64,000 bases of DNA from Octopus vulgaris (lineage: Eukaryota): positions 138,942,001 through 139,006,000 of the forward strand of contig OX597818.1 in assembly GCA_951406725.2 (NCBI GenBank). The letters run 5' to 3'. The notes below the pieces were generated by a model. It was not told where the DNA came from and did not search any database. It saw only the letters and a program-made list of their open reading frames with translations. Positions 24,994 through 36,268 of the stretch are shown piece by piece. Positions within the stretch are counted from its first letter, which is position 1. Each line of letters begins with the position of its first letter. The translations under genes and the position numbers were made by a program.

Positions 24994-25228
24994 AATATAT
25001 ATATATATATGTCATCCCAAATAAAAATGAGGAACAACTAGAAAAAAACAACAACGTGAGGACGTGGTGCATGCAAAGTATTAGCAGACACTCAGGGAAG
25101 GAAAGAAAAGTAGTTTTACGTTTTCGGCAAAACTCTTTGTCAGAAATAGGAGATGGAGGAAAGTCCAAGAGTGAAGGGAAACAGAGGAAAAAAATCACCA
25201 ACGATCCACATGTGGTTACATTTTGAAA
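24752..25228 (-). mobile_element. Two tandem ~200-bp Penelope-like/retrozyme-like units in TA microsatellite
   Basis: 24752-24960 and 25012-25228 are homologous (caacaacgYgaggac...cagaggaaaaa...acattttgaaa); each has a hammerhead-like core on the minus strand. Confidence 0.6.
24846..24880 (-). ncRNA. Minimal hammerhead ribozyme-like motif
   Basis: Minus strand GTTT-CTGACGA-A-GAGC-TCC-GCTC-GAAAC-ATT-AAAC: CUGANGA box, 4-bp stem II, GAAA box, 4-bp stem I. Helix III is minimal and mutated. Confidence 0.55.
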
Positions 25229-25534
25229 TGACCAAAAGGGAATTGGTGGTCTTTTGTGTTGGAGGAGATGGCAACCTATGTATTTGTCTATCACCTCTTT
25301 CACTTTAGCAATTGTAAGCAAGACCTTATATTAATCAGTCAAACTTGTAAGGAACTCAATCTAATATCATCATATTATTAATCAGTTTAGCACCTTAATA
25401 ACATACCAGCCCCTATTTGTAAAACTACAGCTATAATAACATGTCCTTCTTTCTCACTTTCTATTTATCTCTTGTTATATGTATGTGCTTACTTTTATTT
25501 GTCTATTTGTTGTGTCTGTCCATCCATATATCTC

Positions 25535-25940
25535 TTTTACTCTTTTACTTGTTTCAGTCATTTGACTGTGGCCATGCTGGAGCACCGCCTTTAGTCGAGA
25601 AAATCGACCCCGGGACTTATTCTTTGTAAGCCCAGTACTTATTCTATCGGTCTCTTTTGCCGAACCGCTAAGTGACGGGGACGTAAACACACCAGCATCG
25701 GTTGCCAAGCAATGCTAGGGGGACAAACACAGACACACAAACATACACACAAATACATATATATATATACTTATATTCGACGGGCTTCTTTCAGTTTCCG
25801 TCTACCAAATCCACTCACAAGGCTTTGGTCGGCCCGAGGCTATAGTAGAAGACACTTGCCCCGAGATGCCACGCAGTGGGACTGAACCCGGAACCATGGT
25901 TGGTAAGCAAGCTACTTACCACACAGCCACTCCTGCACCT
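25535..25940 (-). mobile_element. SINE family A, full length
   Basis: Reverse complement of 26410-26826. Confidence 0.92.
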
Positions 25941-26409
25941 ATATATATATATATACAGTTGAAAAGGGGTTAAGAGTCTATACAAATCAAAAAATATGGT
26001 TAGATAAGTAAATAAAGCTGGAAAAGCCCACAGAATTATATTTTAGAGAATGCTTAATATTTTTGTTACAGTGAGTGATTTAAATATAACTTGTTTCGGT
26101 GTATCCATCTTATCAAATATTGGAAAGAATGTATTTGGCAGTCAAAGAGAAAAAAAAAATTAGGGGTTAACAGTTTATACCCATGTTTTAGTTCTTAATG
26201 AAATTTTGCTTTAGGGTCATTCTCTTATATATGTTATGTCTGTGTTGGTTTGGGGGTGGGGTTCAAGAGCTCAAGTTTCAGAAATTCTATTGAAAAGAAG
26301 TCTTTTGTATTGAATGGGAAGCTTCTTATTCATGGTTTTGTGTGTGTGTGTGTGTATGTGTTTGGATAAATAGATATGTGTTTAAGTCTGTACATTTATA
26401 GATATATAT

Positions 26410-26826
26410 AGGTGCAGGAGTGGCTGTGTGGTAAGTAGCTTGCTAACCAACCACATGGTTCCGGGTTCAGTCCCACTGCGTGGAACCTTGGGCAAGTGTC
26501 TTCTACTATAGCCCCAGGCCGACCAATGCCTTGTGAGTGGATTTGGTAGACGGAAACTGAAAGAAGCCTGTCATATATATGTATATATATATATGTGTGT
26601 GTGTGTGTGTTTGTGTGTCTGTGTTTGTCCCCCTAGCATTGCTTGACAACCGACACTGGTGTGTTTACGTCCCCGTCACTTAGCGGTTCGGCAAAAGAGA
26701 ACGATAGAATAAGTACTGGGCTTACAAAGAATAAGTCCCGGGATCGATTTGCTCGACTAAAGGCGGTGCTCCAGCATGGCCGCAGTCAAATGACTGAAAC
26801 AAGTAAAAGAGTAAAGAGTAAAAGAG
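26410..26826 (+). mobile_element. SINE family A, full length
   Basis: Head AGGTGCAGGAGTGGCTGTGTGGTAAG through to the (AGTAAAAG)-like tail. Confidence 0.92.
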
Positions 26827-27246
26827 ATATGTAAATATATTTGTGTGTGTGTGTGTGTATATGTATATACTGGAATGGGACAGTTTTGCCTTCATTGGTT
26901 GCCCAAATTAATGACATGGAGGAGGAAAGTCCGATTTCTGAGTTAACCATTCTTTATCTAAAAGGATACGGTCGGATACAAGCCTGCTATCTTAATGCTG
27001 TGTTTGTCTGCAGAAAGAAATCTCTGATGTTTGAAAGTAAATTCCTGGCAGCTAAACGAATGAATGACTATACAAGAAGTTGAAAATATTGGCTATTGAT
27101 CTGAGAAAATGGTAGCACGAGAGGCTCTAACCTCCTTTCACTTTCACTATCGTCAACCACTCTCTTTACATGTATATATGTATGTATATATAGCTTGCCT
27201 TTTTGTTAACCCTCTGGTTCTCTCTCTCTCTCTCTCTCTCTCTTTG

Positions 27247-27293
<47 letters not shown>

Positions 27294-27343
27294 CTTACCT
27301 TTTTGTTAACCCTCTGGTTCTCTCTCTCTCTCTCTCTCTCTCT

Positions 27344-27386
<43 letters not shown>

Positions 27387-28611
27387 GTATGTATGTATAT
27401 ATATTCACATACACACACACATCTGCTTTATTCTGTTTCTCTCCTCTGTACGAGTGTGTGTATGTGTATATGTATGCATATATTATTGTCCAAACAATTC
27501 AGTATTGATCAGAAGAAGAAAAGGTATGACCCCAGCTCTCTATCACCTTTCCCTTTAAGTCTCACTCCCTTTCTCTCTCTCTCTCTGTCTCTCGTGTTCT
27601 TCTCTCCCTCTTTCTTATCTCCTTTTTCCATCTATATATCTCATATACTGTCCAAACAATCCGTTATTGATCTGTCAAAGTGCATTGCTGTACTTGAGTG
27701 CGTTTTGTTGCTGCATCGGTCGGACAACGTTTGTTTGACATTCAACAAGTGCTGAACCTCTTCACTTCTCATTGCCTACGCCACTCACACCACCTTTCTC
27801 ATCATTTCCTCTTTCTCAGTCCCTCCCCAACTCCCCTTCCTATGTATCTCTTATCTCTCTCTTTCTCTCTCTGTATATACATCTTTCATGTACACATTCC
27901 ACAGACCAATACAAGCAATAGTTTACTCCATATCAGCAAGGCCCTTACAAATATTTCCATTAAGTAAAGCACTAGGCTCCACCAAGGGACCACTTGCCTT
28001 ATGTTAGTGTACAGTCGTTCTTAAGAGGCTCTTATTGCTGCACAGACTCCCAACAATATCACCACTTGGAAGCTGATGTGTGTATGTGTGTGCATGCACA
28101 CAACACAAACACATACGTACACACAAACGCTAGTGTTTATATGTAGGATATCTCATATTGTTTGAGCTTGTGCGGGTGAAAGTGGTGAGTGGTCGGTGGT
28201 TGAGATACTTGATGGATTTGGTTATGGTGGTGCTGAGTTGCATATGTAGCTGGTTTGGTTGTTTTCAGAAGTGTGAGGGTAAAAAAAAAAAGAAGGAAAA
28301 AAAAAAGATGAAAATAAAAATGAATAAAACTAAACAAAACAAAACAAAAATAATATTGGAAAAAAAAAAGAAGGAAGAATAGAAAATAAAATGTAAAGTA
28401 ATGAACAAAACAAAAAAGAACAGCCGTAAACAAACAGTAAAAGACACCATCCTGCAGACGTATTTACTTATTGAAGTGAAACACTTTACTGGATTCAATC
28501 ATATTTTCTTGTAAAACATAAAAAAATGGAATGAAAATAAATAAACCAAAAAAACAAAAAAACAAAAAACAAAACGCCATAAATGGCTGTGGCTTAGCAA
28601 ACAACAAGAAC

Positions 28612-28701
28612 AACAACTATAATAACGATGGTGGTGGTAGTGGTGGTGGTAGTAGTAACAACAATAATAATAATAATGATGGTTGTAGTAGTAGTAGTAA
28701 C

Positions 28702-28768
<67 letters not shown>

Positions 28769-28838
28769 TTAATGATAATAATAATAATAATGATAATAAT
28801 AATAATAATAATAATGATGGTTGTAGTAGTAGTGGTAG
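28612..28838. repeat. Compound (AAT)/(GAT)/(GGT)/(AGT) trinucleotide tract
   Basis: Read directly; source of the poly-N/I/V ORFs. Confidence 0.93.
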
Positions 28839-29777
28839 TAAAAATCAACCAAATAAAACAGTTTGTAACTTTTCATCTCAGCAGTGAGAATAATCAATGT
28901 GTCCCTTGGCCTTTAGACGTAGTTCATTCTGTTAAGAAAGTTGGGTGAATGAAAGAGAACAAACCTATCACTGAAATAGTTTTAGGATCAATGTGGTGTT
29001 GTGGTATGCATGCATGGTCCACTGGTTGGTGTTAGAGATTGCTTGTTCTTTGAAGTCTCTTACTGTTTACCCATGAAGCAATATGTTTATATATATATAT
29101 TGTCTCTGGCCTAAACAGTTGACAATGGACATTCTATGAAGTTGTTTGACCTACTAGAATTAGCAACCAAACTGCACCCTGTTTCTGATATACTGAGTAA
29201 TTCAATAAGTCCCCAATTGAAGCACCTTTTATCGTGGATCTGTTCAGACAGGGTTGGTCTGAAGCCAAAGAGCAATACTTTGATCATTGAAATAATGAGG
29301 TGGTGGGGCTTCTAATATTTGATATGATGGAAATAGTTCTAAGTTTCCATTGGGTCACACCCTGTCATCTCTAAAATGAAGGATAAAGTAAATTTAAAGG
29401 TATTACAGTTAAAAACAACACAATTATAGTCATAACTTGAAAGACTTTCATTGAAGATTTAGAATTTTCATAATTGATAAGGTGGTGAACTGTTTCTGTT
29501 CTTCTATCATGCTGTAACCTCTCATCACCTGGCACAAAGCTACTTCTTCAATGCTACCCACCTCTCAAAGGATCTTTGTACTGCAAGGTATTTAGTAATC
29601 GTGCTGGTGCCACATAAAAAACATCCAGTTGAATCTGTGAAGTGGTTGGCATTTGGAAGGGCATCCAGCCATAAAAATCATGCCAGCACGGAAGACAGAC
29701 ATTAAGTGCTGATGATGATGATGATGATGTATATCCATCCCAGACATGACTATTTTGTATAGATTTGTTATCTTTAA

Positions 29778-29997
29778 CCCTTTAGTGTTCGCATTATTCT
29801 GCCAAAATTAATCCTTTTTTATCCACATTGTTTTGAACTAATCATGCATTATCTTGTAGCTATGAGATTTTGATGAGGTAGCTGTTAATTTTTAAAGCAA
29901 TATTGTAGGGTTGGTGTGAGAGACCAGATCTGGCCAGTTTGAACATAAAACAGTAGAATTCTTCTGGCCGGATATGGCCGGTTTAAATGCTAAAGGG
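29778..29997 (+). mobile_element. piggyBac-like MITE family E, intact
   Basis: TTAA at 29774-29777 and 29998-30001; TIRs CCCTTTAGTGTT / AATGCTAAAGGG. Confidence 0.9.
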
Positions 29998-30361
29998 TTA
30001 AGCAAAAGCAAATGGAGCACACTACTCTGAAGCATTTGCTCTGCAAGCAGAACCCAAATGCAGTGACTGCAGAAACCCAGCAAGAATTAAGATGTAAGTG
30101 TGTGGATGATTTCTCCTCTCAAGAGCTGAGCTTATTAGTCATCTTTAGTCCCATGAGCCTGTGCGAAACCAAACTACTTGTTAGATGGGTCTACTGCCAA
30201 GCACACTACTGTACATTTGTACTGTAAAGGAAAATAAGTGTCACATCTGTGAACATTCCTGCAGAATGAAAGCTGGGATATGAAGCAACCTGTATGCACA
30301 TGGTGGTGCAATATTCTGTGAAGTGATGGCACTCTCAGGACAAGAAGTAGCAATCAGTACA

Positions 30362-30406
<45 letters not shown>

Positions 30407-30449
30407 CAAAGTGGAGTTGTAGGGTACCGCACGAGTGGAATTATAAATG

Positions 30450-30673
30450 AAAGAAGGTTTGAAAATGCAATTTTAAAAGATGTTTATTTTCTTTACCAGT
30501 TTCACTCTTTGGAAAAAGATTGTCAAAAGTAACATGTAAAAGTTTGGTTGTGTTAATTATTGGTTTTAATTAACGCAACTAAACTTTTACATGTTACTTT
30601 TGACAATCTTTTTCCAAAGAGTGAAACCGGTAAAGAAAATAAACTTTTAAAATTGCATTTTCAAACCTTCTTT
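30450..30673. repeat. Near-perfect palindrome (~110-bp arms, 7-nt loop)
   Basis: Arms 30450-30559 and 30567-30673 are reverse complements with 3 substitutions and one 3-nt indel; loop ttggttt. Confidence 0.95.
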
Positions 30674-30698
30674 TGTATATATATATATAGACACGCAC

Positions 30699-30738
<40 letters not shown>

Positions 30739-31454
30739 ACACATGTGTGGTTACTGAGTTTGCTTTGTAACCCCATGGTCCTGAGTTCCATCCAATGCAC
30801 AAAATTTGGTGACAGAAATTTGTGGAAAGTCTGCTGTGTATAATGTGTGTACATGCAGTGTGGATGCACAAGTTTTATTTTCCATGCGTTTGCATTGATA
30901 TGATTTGTGTGATGTTGATGTTATGGTTATGATCTCCCATAAATTATTTCCTGTAACTTGTTAGCTTAGATATTTAACTATAGAATTCTACTTCAATAAG
31001 TCTTATCCAACTCATGCCTGTCTGGAAAAGTGGATGTAAAAACCGTGACAGTGGTAGTGATGATGTGTATATAGCAGCAACCATAAACCTGGATAAATTT
31101 TCATATATGAACATTAAAGCATTTCAAATTACATGTGTAATATCTATCTCATTTATTTAGCTTTGAGCCAATGTCAAACAGGAAGTGAGTAAAGTGCTTC
31201 CATCTTGATGTGGTTTTTAGAAGCAAGCATTAGATTAAACAAATTAAAACTGCAAATGACATTAATTGTCTATTAATTTTATAGAAAAGTATAAATCCTG
31301 TGTTAATGACTGATTAGTAACATTGGACTGATTAATCAGTTTCTCTGTTTTGATTTTAGAGTTTTAAGTTCAAATCCTTTCACTGTTGATTGTTGAGAGT
31401 TTGATTTTCTTAAGACTAAAGAATTAAGTACCTAAATACAAAAATGTTGTTTAA

Positions 31455-31687
31455 CCATTTAGCATTCACATTTCTCCACCAAATGTAATGCTTATTTATT
31501 CACATTGTTTTAAATTTATCCTGCATTTTCTTGTAGCCTTGAGATTTTGATAATGTGATTGTTTATTTTTAAACTAACATTGCAGGGTTGGTGTGAGAGG
31601 CTGGATCTGGCCTTTTTTTTTTTTTTTTTTTTACATAAAACAGATAAAGTATTTTGGTCAGATTTAGCCAGTTTAAATGCTAAAGGT
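31455..31687 (+). mobile_element. piggyBac-like MITE family E (diverged, internal poly-T)
   Basis: TTAACCATTTAGCATT...AATGCTAAAGGTTTAA; same body as the other E copies. Confidence 0.78.
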
Positions 31688-31767
31688 TTAAAACAACAAC
31701 AATAATCCCAAACCCAACCATGTAACTGCCAATCATGTCACAGAATATCATCCACTATACTCTAAAT

Positions 31768-32762
31768 CATTGGTTCTTGACCGGGGCCCATATAAGATTT
31801 TGTTGTTAAAATTTATGTGCAATAAATTTGTTATGTTTCCACAATACACAAAATATTTTAACATTTTTATACTGTTCTTAACCCTTTCAATACTAACGTG
31901 GGCATAGCCAGCTGAAAAATTTTTTGTTTCATAAGACCAACCCAGCCACAGCCGGCCAAGAGTACCCATTGTTATTTAAATGCGAATTTAAGCACAAATC
32001 TCATTAGTACATTCGTGAAAATACATGATTTGACTTTGTAAATAGTTGAGTTATAGTATCCGACATTGTTTGACATGATATCTGAACTCAGTGAATTTTG
32101 GGAGATTTTTTTCCACGTTTTTTTCGGCGTCAATTTTCTTTTCAACTTTGAAAATGGATATAAGTTTCATGCTATCAAGCAGTGATTCCGAATTTAAAGG
32201 TTCGAGAAAAAGAATGAATGTGGTACAAAAGCACATGGTATGTGAGAATGAATGGGATATTTATGTATCCAAAACCGAATGCAGTGATTCTGAAGAAACT
32301 AAAAGCGGCAATAGCGACAGCAACGCGAATTTACTTTGTTGCATATCCAATTGAATATTAGCTGATGATTCATTTTCTATGGTGATGTTTAAACAATATT
32401 TTAATATTTTTACCTTTTGCTCAATTTACCTGGATTTACCTGTAATTAGAGTCACTTTGAGACAAAAGTTATGCAATAGAATTAAGAACCCTTTTTTAAT
32501 TATGTTCCAAATATCACATTAATATGTCAGTAAGTAAAAAAGTTACAGCTGTTTAATGAAACTAGTCTAAATTCACGATTATTTTAAAATTTAATTGAAA
32601 CTCATGAGGGGTGTATTTTGGTCAGAAATATAGTAACAAAAGGGTTAATAGTACTTTATCTTAAAAATATGATTGGAGTTTTTAGACATCAAATGGCTAT
32701 GAAAGTCCCCTCTCCATAGGAATCAAATGGGTCCATAAGTAAAAAATGGTTGAGAACCATCG
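31768..32762. mobile_element. hAT (Charlie-like) MITE hosting a piggyBac-like insertion
   Basis: Ends CATTGGTTCTTGACC / GGTTGAGAACCATCG; 8-bp flanks ctctaaat (31760-31767) and ttctaaat (32763-32770). Confidence 0.72.
31882..32644 (+). mobile_element. Internally deleted piggyBac-like element
   Basis: TTAA at 31878-31881 and 32645-32648; TIRs CCCTTTCAATACTA / TAGTAACAAAAGGG; short S/D/E-rich ORF like a piggyBac transposase N-terminus. Confidence 0.78.
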
Positions 32763-32978
32763 TTCTAAATTTATTAAAAACTGGAATTATTCAATGACTG
32801 CAATGATAACAACTAAGTCAGTGGATGGTTTTCTTGAGGTTTCTTGTATTTGCGGCGATATCTTGTGTTCTGTCACGTAAAAATTATTTTTACATTGAAT
32901 CAATTTTATTTGTGAGTCTTACTTTTTATAACCTGCTCATGACTACAAATATTTTCACAGTTTTTGTTTTTATTTCAG

Positions 32979-33041
32979 GTTGAGAGTGAAAGTATTGCTG
33001 CCAAAGATGGTCGAATCCACCCTGGGGATCAAATTCTGCAG
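32979..33041 (+). CDS. PDZRN3/4: PDZRN3/4-like E3 ligase, first exon visible in window (middle of a PDZ domain)
   Basis: Acceptor tttttatttcag|GTT, donor CAG|gtaatt; 63 nt, phase 0-0. Translates VESESIAAKDGRIHPGDQILQ, matching the SIAAKDGRI-GD-I-Q segment of PDZRN3/4 PDZ domains. Not in the ORF track. Confidence 0.93.
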
Positions 33042-33107
33042 GTAATTCTTTTTTCAATTATTTCCTTTATTGGTTAATTTTATATCCCCTGAAATATTGC
33101 AATGGCC

Positions 33108-33480
33108 TCTGTGCCAGTGGCATGTAAAAAGCACCATTTCAGCGTGATCGTTACCTGCGTCGCCTTACTGGCACTTGTGCTGGTGGCACATGAAAAAACA
33201 TTCAAGCGAGGTTGTTGCCAGTGCCGCTGGACTGGCTCCTGTAAAGGTGACACATAAAATGCACCATTTGAGCATGGGTTGCCAGTACCACCTGACTGGC
33301 ATGTAAAAGCACCCACTACACTCTCAGAGTGGTTGGTGTTAGGAAGGGCATCCAGCTGTAGAAACTCTGCCAGATCAGGTTGGAGTCTGGTACAGCCATC
33401 TGGTTCGCCAGACCTCAGTCAAATCGTCCAACCCATGCTAGCATGGAAAGTGGACGTTAAATGATGATGAGGAGGAGGAT
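33108..33480 (+). mobile_element. Family C retroposon
   Basis: GGCACATAAAA-type subrepeats, shared 3' body, (GAT)/(GAG) tail; starts ~65 nt after the exon donor. Confidence 0.83.
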
Positions 33481-35523
33481 TTAAACCAACAGAGGAGTCT
33501 TCTCTGTTTGGTTCTTTGACCTGCTAAACTCAGCAGCAAAATTCCATCTTAAATCACAACCTATTGTCATAAAAGAGGAAGTACACCTTTAAACAGTGTG
33601 GTTCTCAATAGGCTTAAAATGTCAGGATGGCTGAAACACCTTTGGCATAAGTATTGTGCATCCTGTGCTAACCCGGACCTGAACAACAACAATAGAATCA
33701 ATGTTTTACATAACCAATATGAATGATGATAGCAGAGATTCTTTAGGTCAAAAGAGTTTTTCAGATAATATATAGAAACACAAACAATCATTGATATATT
33801 TCTTAGACAGATCATCTAAAAATACCAAATCCAATATCATCAGTTGTAAAAACAAAAAATAAACCCTTTTACAGCATCTTTTACTGTCTGCTGACTCATT
33901 TAGAATTTAAATTCCTAACTAAACATCTGTACAGGTTTAGTCATATGGTTAAAAATTTGGTTTCATAAGCAACAGGTTTGAAGTTTGATCATACTGTGTG
34001 ATACCTTGAGCAAGGGCTTTCTGTAATGGTTTTCAGTTGATCCACTAGATAAAGTTGCAGAGAGAGAGAGTGATAGTACATCAAATTATATCCTTATATG
34101 TGAAAAAGATATATAAAACATAGCCATTCAATAAAATGAAATTGATAAAATGACTATTAGATTGAAATACTAGCAATATGACTGATAAAAAAAAAATCTT
34201 GAAATTGGTGCTCCAGCATGGCCATGGTCCATTTACTGAAAGAAGAGGTGAAAGAAAAATAAAAGAAACATTGTGTTAAAGTTATGAAATACAAATTCTA
34301 TTTCATTATTGTTTTCAGTCTGTGCTGTTTTGGCTGTGAATTTAACCCAGCCTTCATGATCTGGTTAATAAGTAGCTAATCTCTGCATAAAATATATTCA
34401 ACAACAATGTAAGTTATCCTAGTTGAGCCTATATTAAACAAGGGTCTCGCTTCAGTTGAAAACTAAAACTTGAGCTACGGTGCTGTGAAGAGACAAAATA
34501 ACTGACATTTCAAGCAGAGCCTTTTTTCCAAAACAATTTGATATTTCCTCTCTCATTATTACACTTAGTTTAATTTCCCCTCACAACAGTGTTTTGTTGG
34601 TGCATTTATCCATTTCCTGGTTTCACATTCCTTGTCCTTTCCTTTATTTGCTACTCCAATAGAAGCTGCAAGTGATTATACAAATTTCTTGTTGTCTACA
34701 ACAGAGATTTTTCCCCAAGAGTTCATAGTGGTATTTGGGCCATGATAGTCAAGTCTGTAAGTCATCTTTAGTGGTAGAAGTAGTCAGGAGTGTTTATTAT
34801 TAGTGTATAGCGTAACTGAGGTTACAACTAATATCGAGATAGATTTCATAATTATTCAGGGCAAGCACAGAGTGAAAAAGATACACTGATAAGTTTTCAC
34901 AAAAAGAAACCCAACTTGTATAAACATGAGTATATCAACTGTCACATTCGCATACATATATGACAGAAGAGCCTTTATATATGCATAAAAGTGGAAGGAG
35001 AGATGACAGCTAAACTATACTCCACCAATGTGAGAATGAAAGATGGAACCAGAAATAGGGATTTAATGTGGAATCTCCTTTCTGTGAGTGTAGGACTGTC
35101 ATGCGCTTGATTATTGTCCATTATTGGATACACTTTATTGTTTGAAGGATTGAGAAATAGCGAAAGAAAAAAAAAAAAGTGCAATTTTGTGCTTTTAAAA
35201 AAATGTGGAAAAATTTGATACAAATGCAAAATAAGGTTTCTAGTTTTGGTACAAGGCCAGTAGTTTTAATATAGGAGATTACTTGATTAAATTGATACCC
35301 TTGAATTGTACTTCATTTTATTGACCTTGGAAGGATGAATAGTAAAGCTGATGTAGATGGGAGTCGGTTTCATAACATGAAAGGTTACAGTTACTCATGA
35401 ATTTCACCATCCAGGTTTATTCCAACTTCCAATGCACGCGCATGCGCACACACACATTTCTAGTTGTAAAACCTCATACAAAAAAAAGTGACATTTACAA
35501 CCACAAACATCAGTGCGGTTCTC

Positions 35524-35940
35524 GGATCTTTTCTGTTTGAACGGCAGTTTTTTCTAGCGGTGTCATATGAAATTGTCACCCATAATTATGACCCTAGTAT
35601 CGATCTATTGCATTTCAATCTGTTTTAGGGTTAGGGTTAGGGGTGGGGGGAAGGGTATCTTTTTTTCTTCAGAAATGTAAATAAATCCAATCTGTTTCTT
35701 AAACGAGGGACATATTTATACGGCACAGAATGTTTTCACCTCAATAGACATCATTGATTGGTTGAAATTGCAGAAATTGAAGAAAAACAACAACAAATAT
35801 CTTACAAACTATAGAATTTTCTCAATAAAGCCAAGAGGAAAAGATGTTTTATAAACACATTCCACCAGTACACGAAGTTTAAAAGTGTTTAGTTACGTGG
35901 AAATTATTTTAAAAAACTGCCATTCAAACCGAAAAGATCC
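35524..35940. mobile_element. 417-bp non-autonomous DNA transposon, 30-bp TIRs, 8-bp TSD
   Basis: GGATCTTTTCTGTTTGAACGGCAGTTTTTT / AAAAAACTGCCATTCAAACCGAAAAGATCC; cggttctc at 35516-35523 and 35941-35948; internal (TTAGGG)3. Confidence 0.92.
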
Positions 35941-36268
35941 CGGTTCTCTATTGCTGTGTGTGCCAGATAACAAAGTGCTATGCCACTCAGTTAGCCACTG
36001 TGACCCTCCAGCCCAAACCATCAGTGGAGAATAGATGCTACACCCAACCATGGTCCAGTGATTAAATTAACAGACATTTGTACAAACATTCATTTGGGAA
36101 ATGTTTTTTCTTTAAAACAATGTAAATATGCATACAGGCACACATTCATACACTTAACACTTGCATAAAATATAAATTGGGATCATTCAATCAATCAGGT
36201 TGCCAATATATTTGCTGTTATTAGGGTGGTGAGCTGGCAAATGCTTAGTGGCTTTTTAGACTGTCTTT

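Noticed and set aside
26841-27083. Candidate for the missing upstream PDZ exon (expected LGL-CY...IY-SE)
   Set aside because: No LGL motif, no phase-0 donor after ISE and no acceptor. I found no such exon in 1-32978, though a short exon could have been missed by eye.
27673-27741. pre-miRNA hairpin (tgtcaaa...tttgaca)
   Set aside because: Only short terminal and ~10-bp internal pairing; no continuous ~22-bp stem.
28531-28948. Poly-Asn ORF as a possible exon
   Set aside because: Trinucleotide tract with no family similarity and no convincing splice sites.
35625-35642. Chromosome end or telomere-fusion scar
   Set aside because: Only three TTAGGG units, lying inside a TIR/TSD-bounded transposon.
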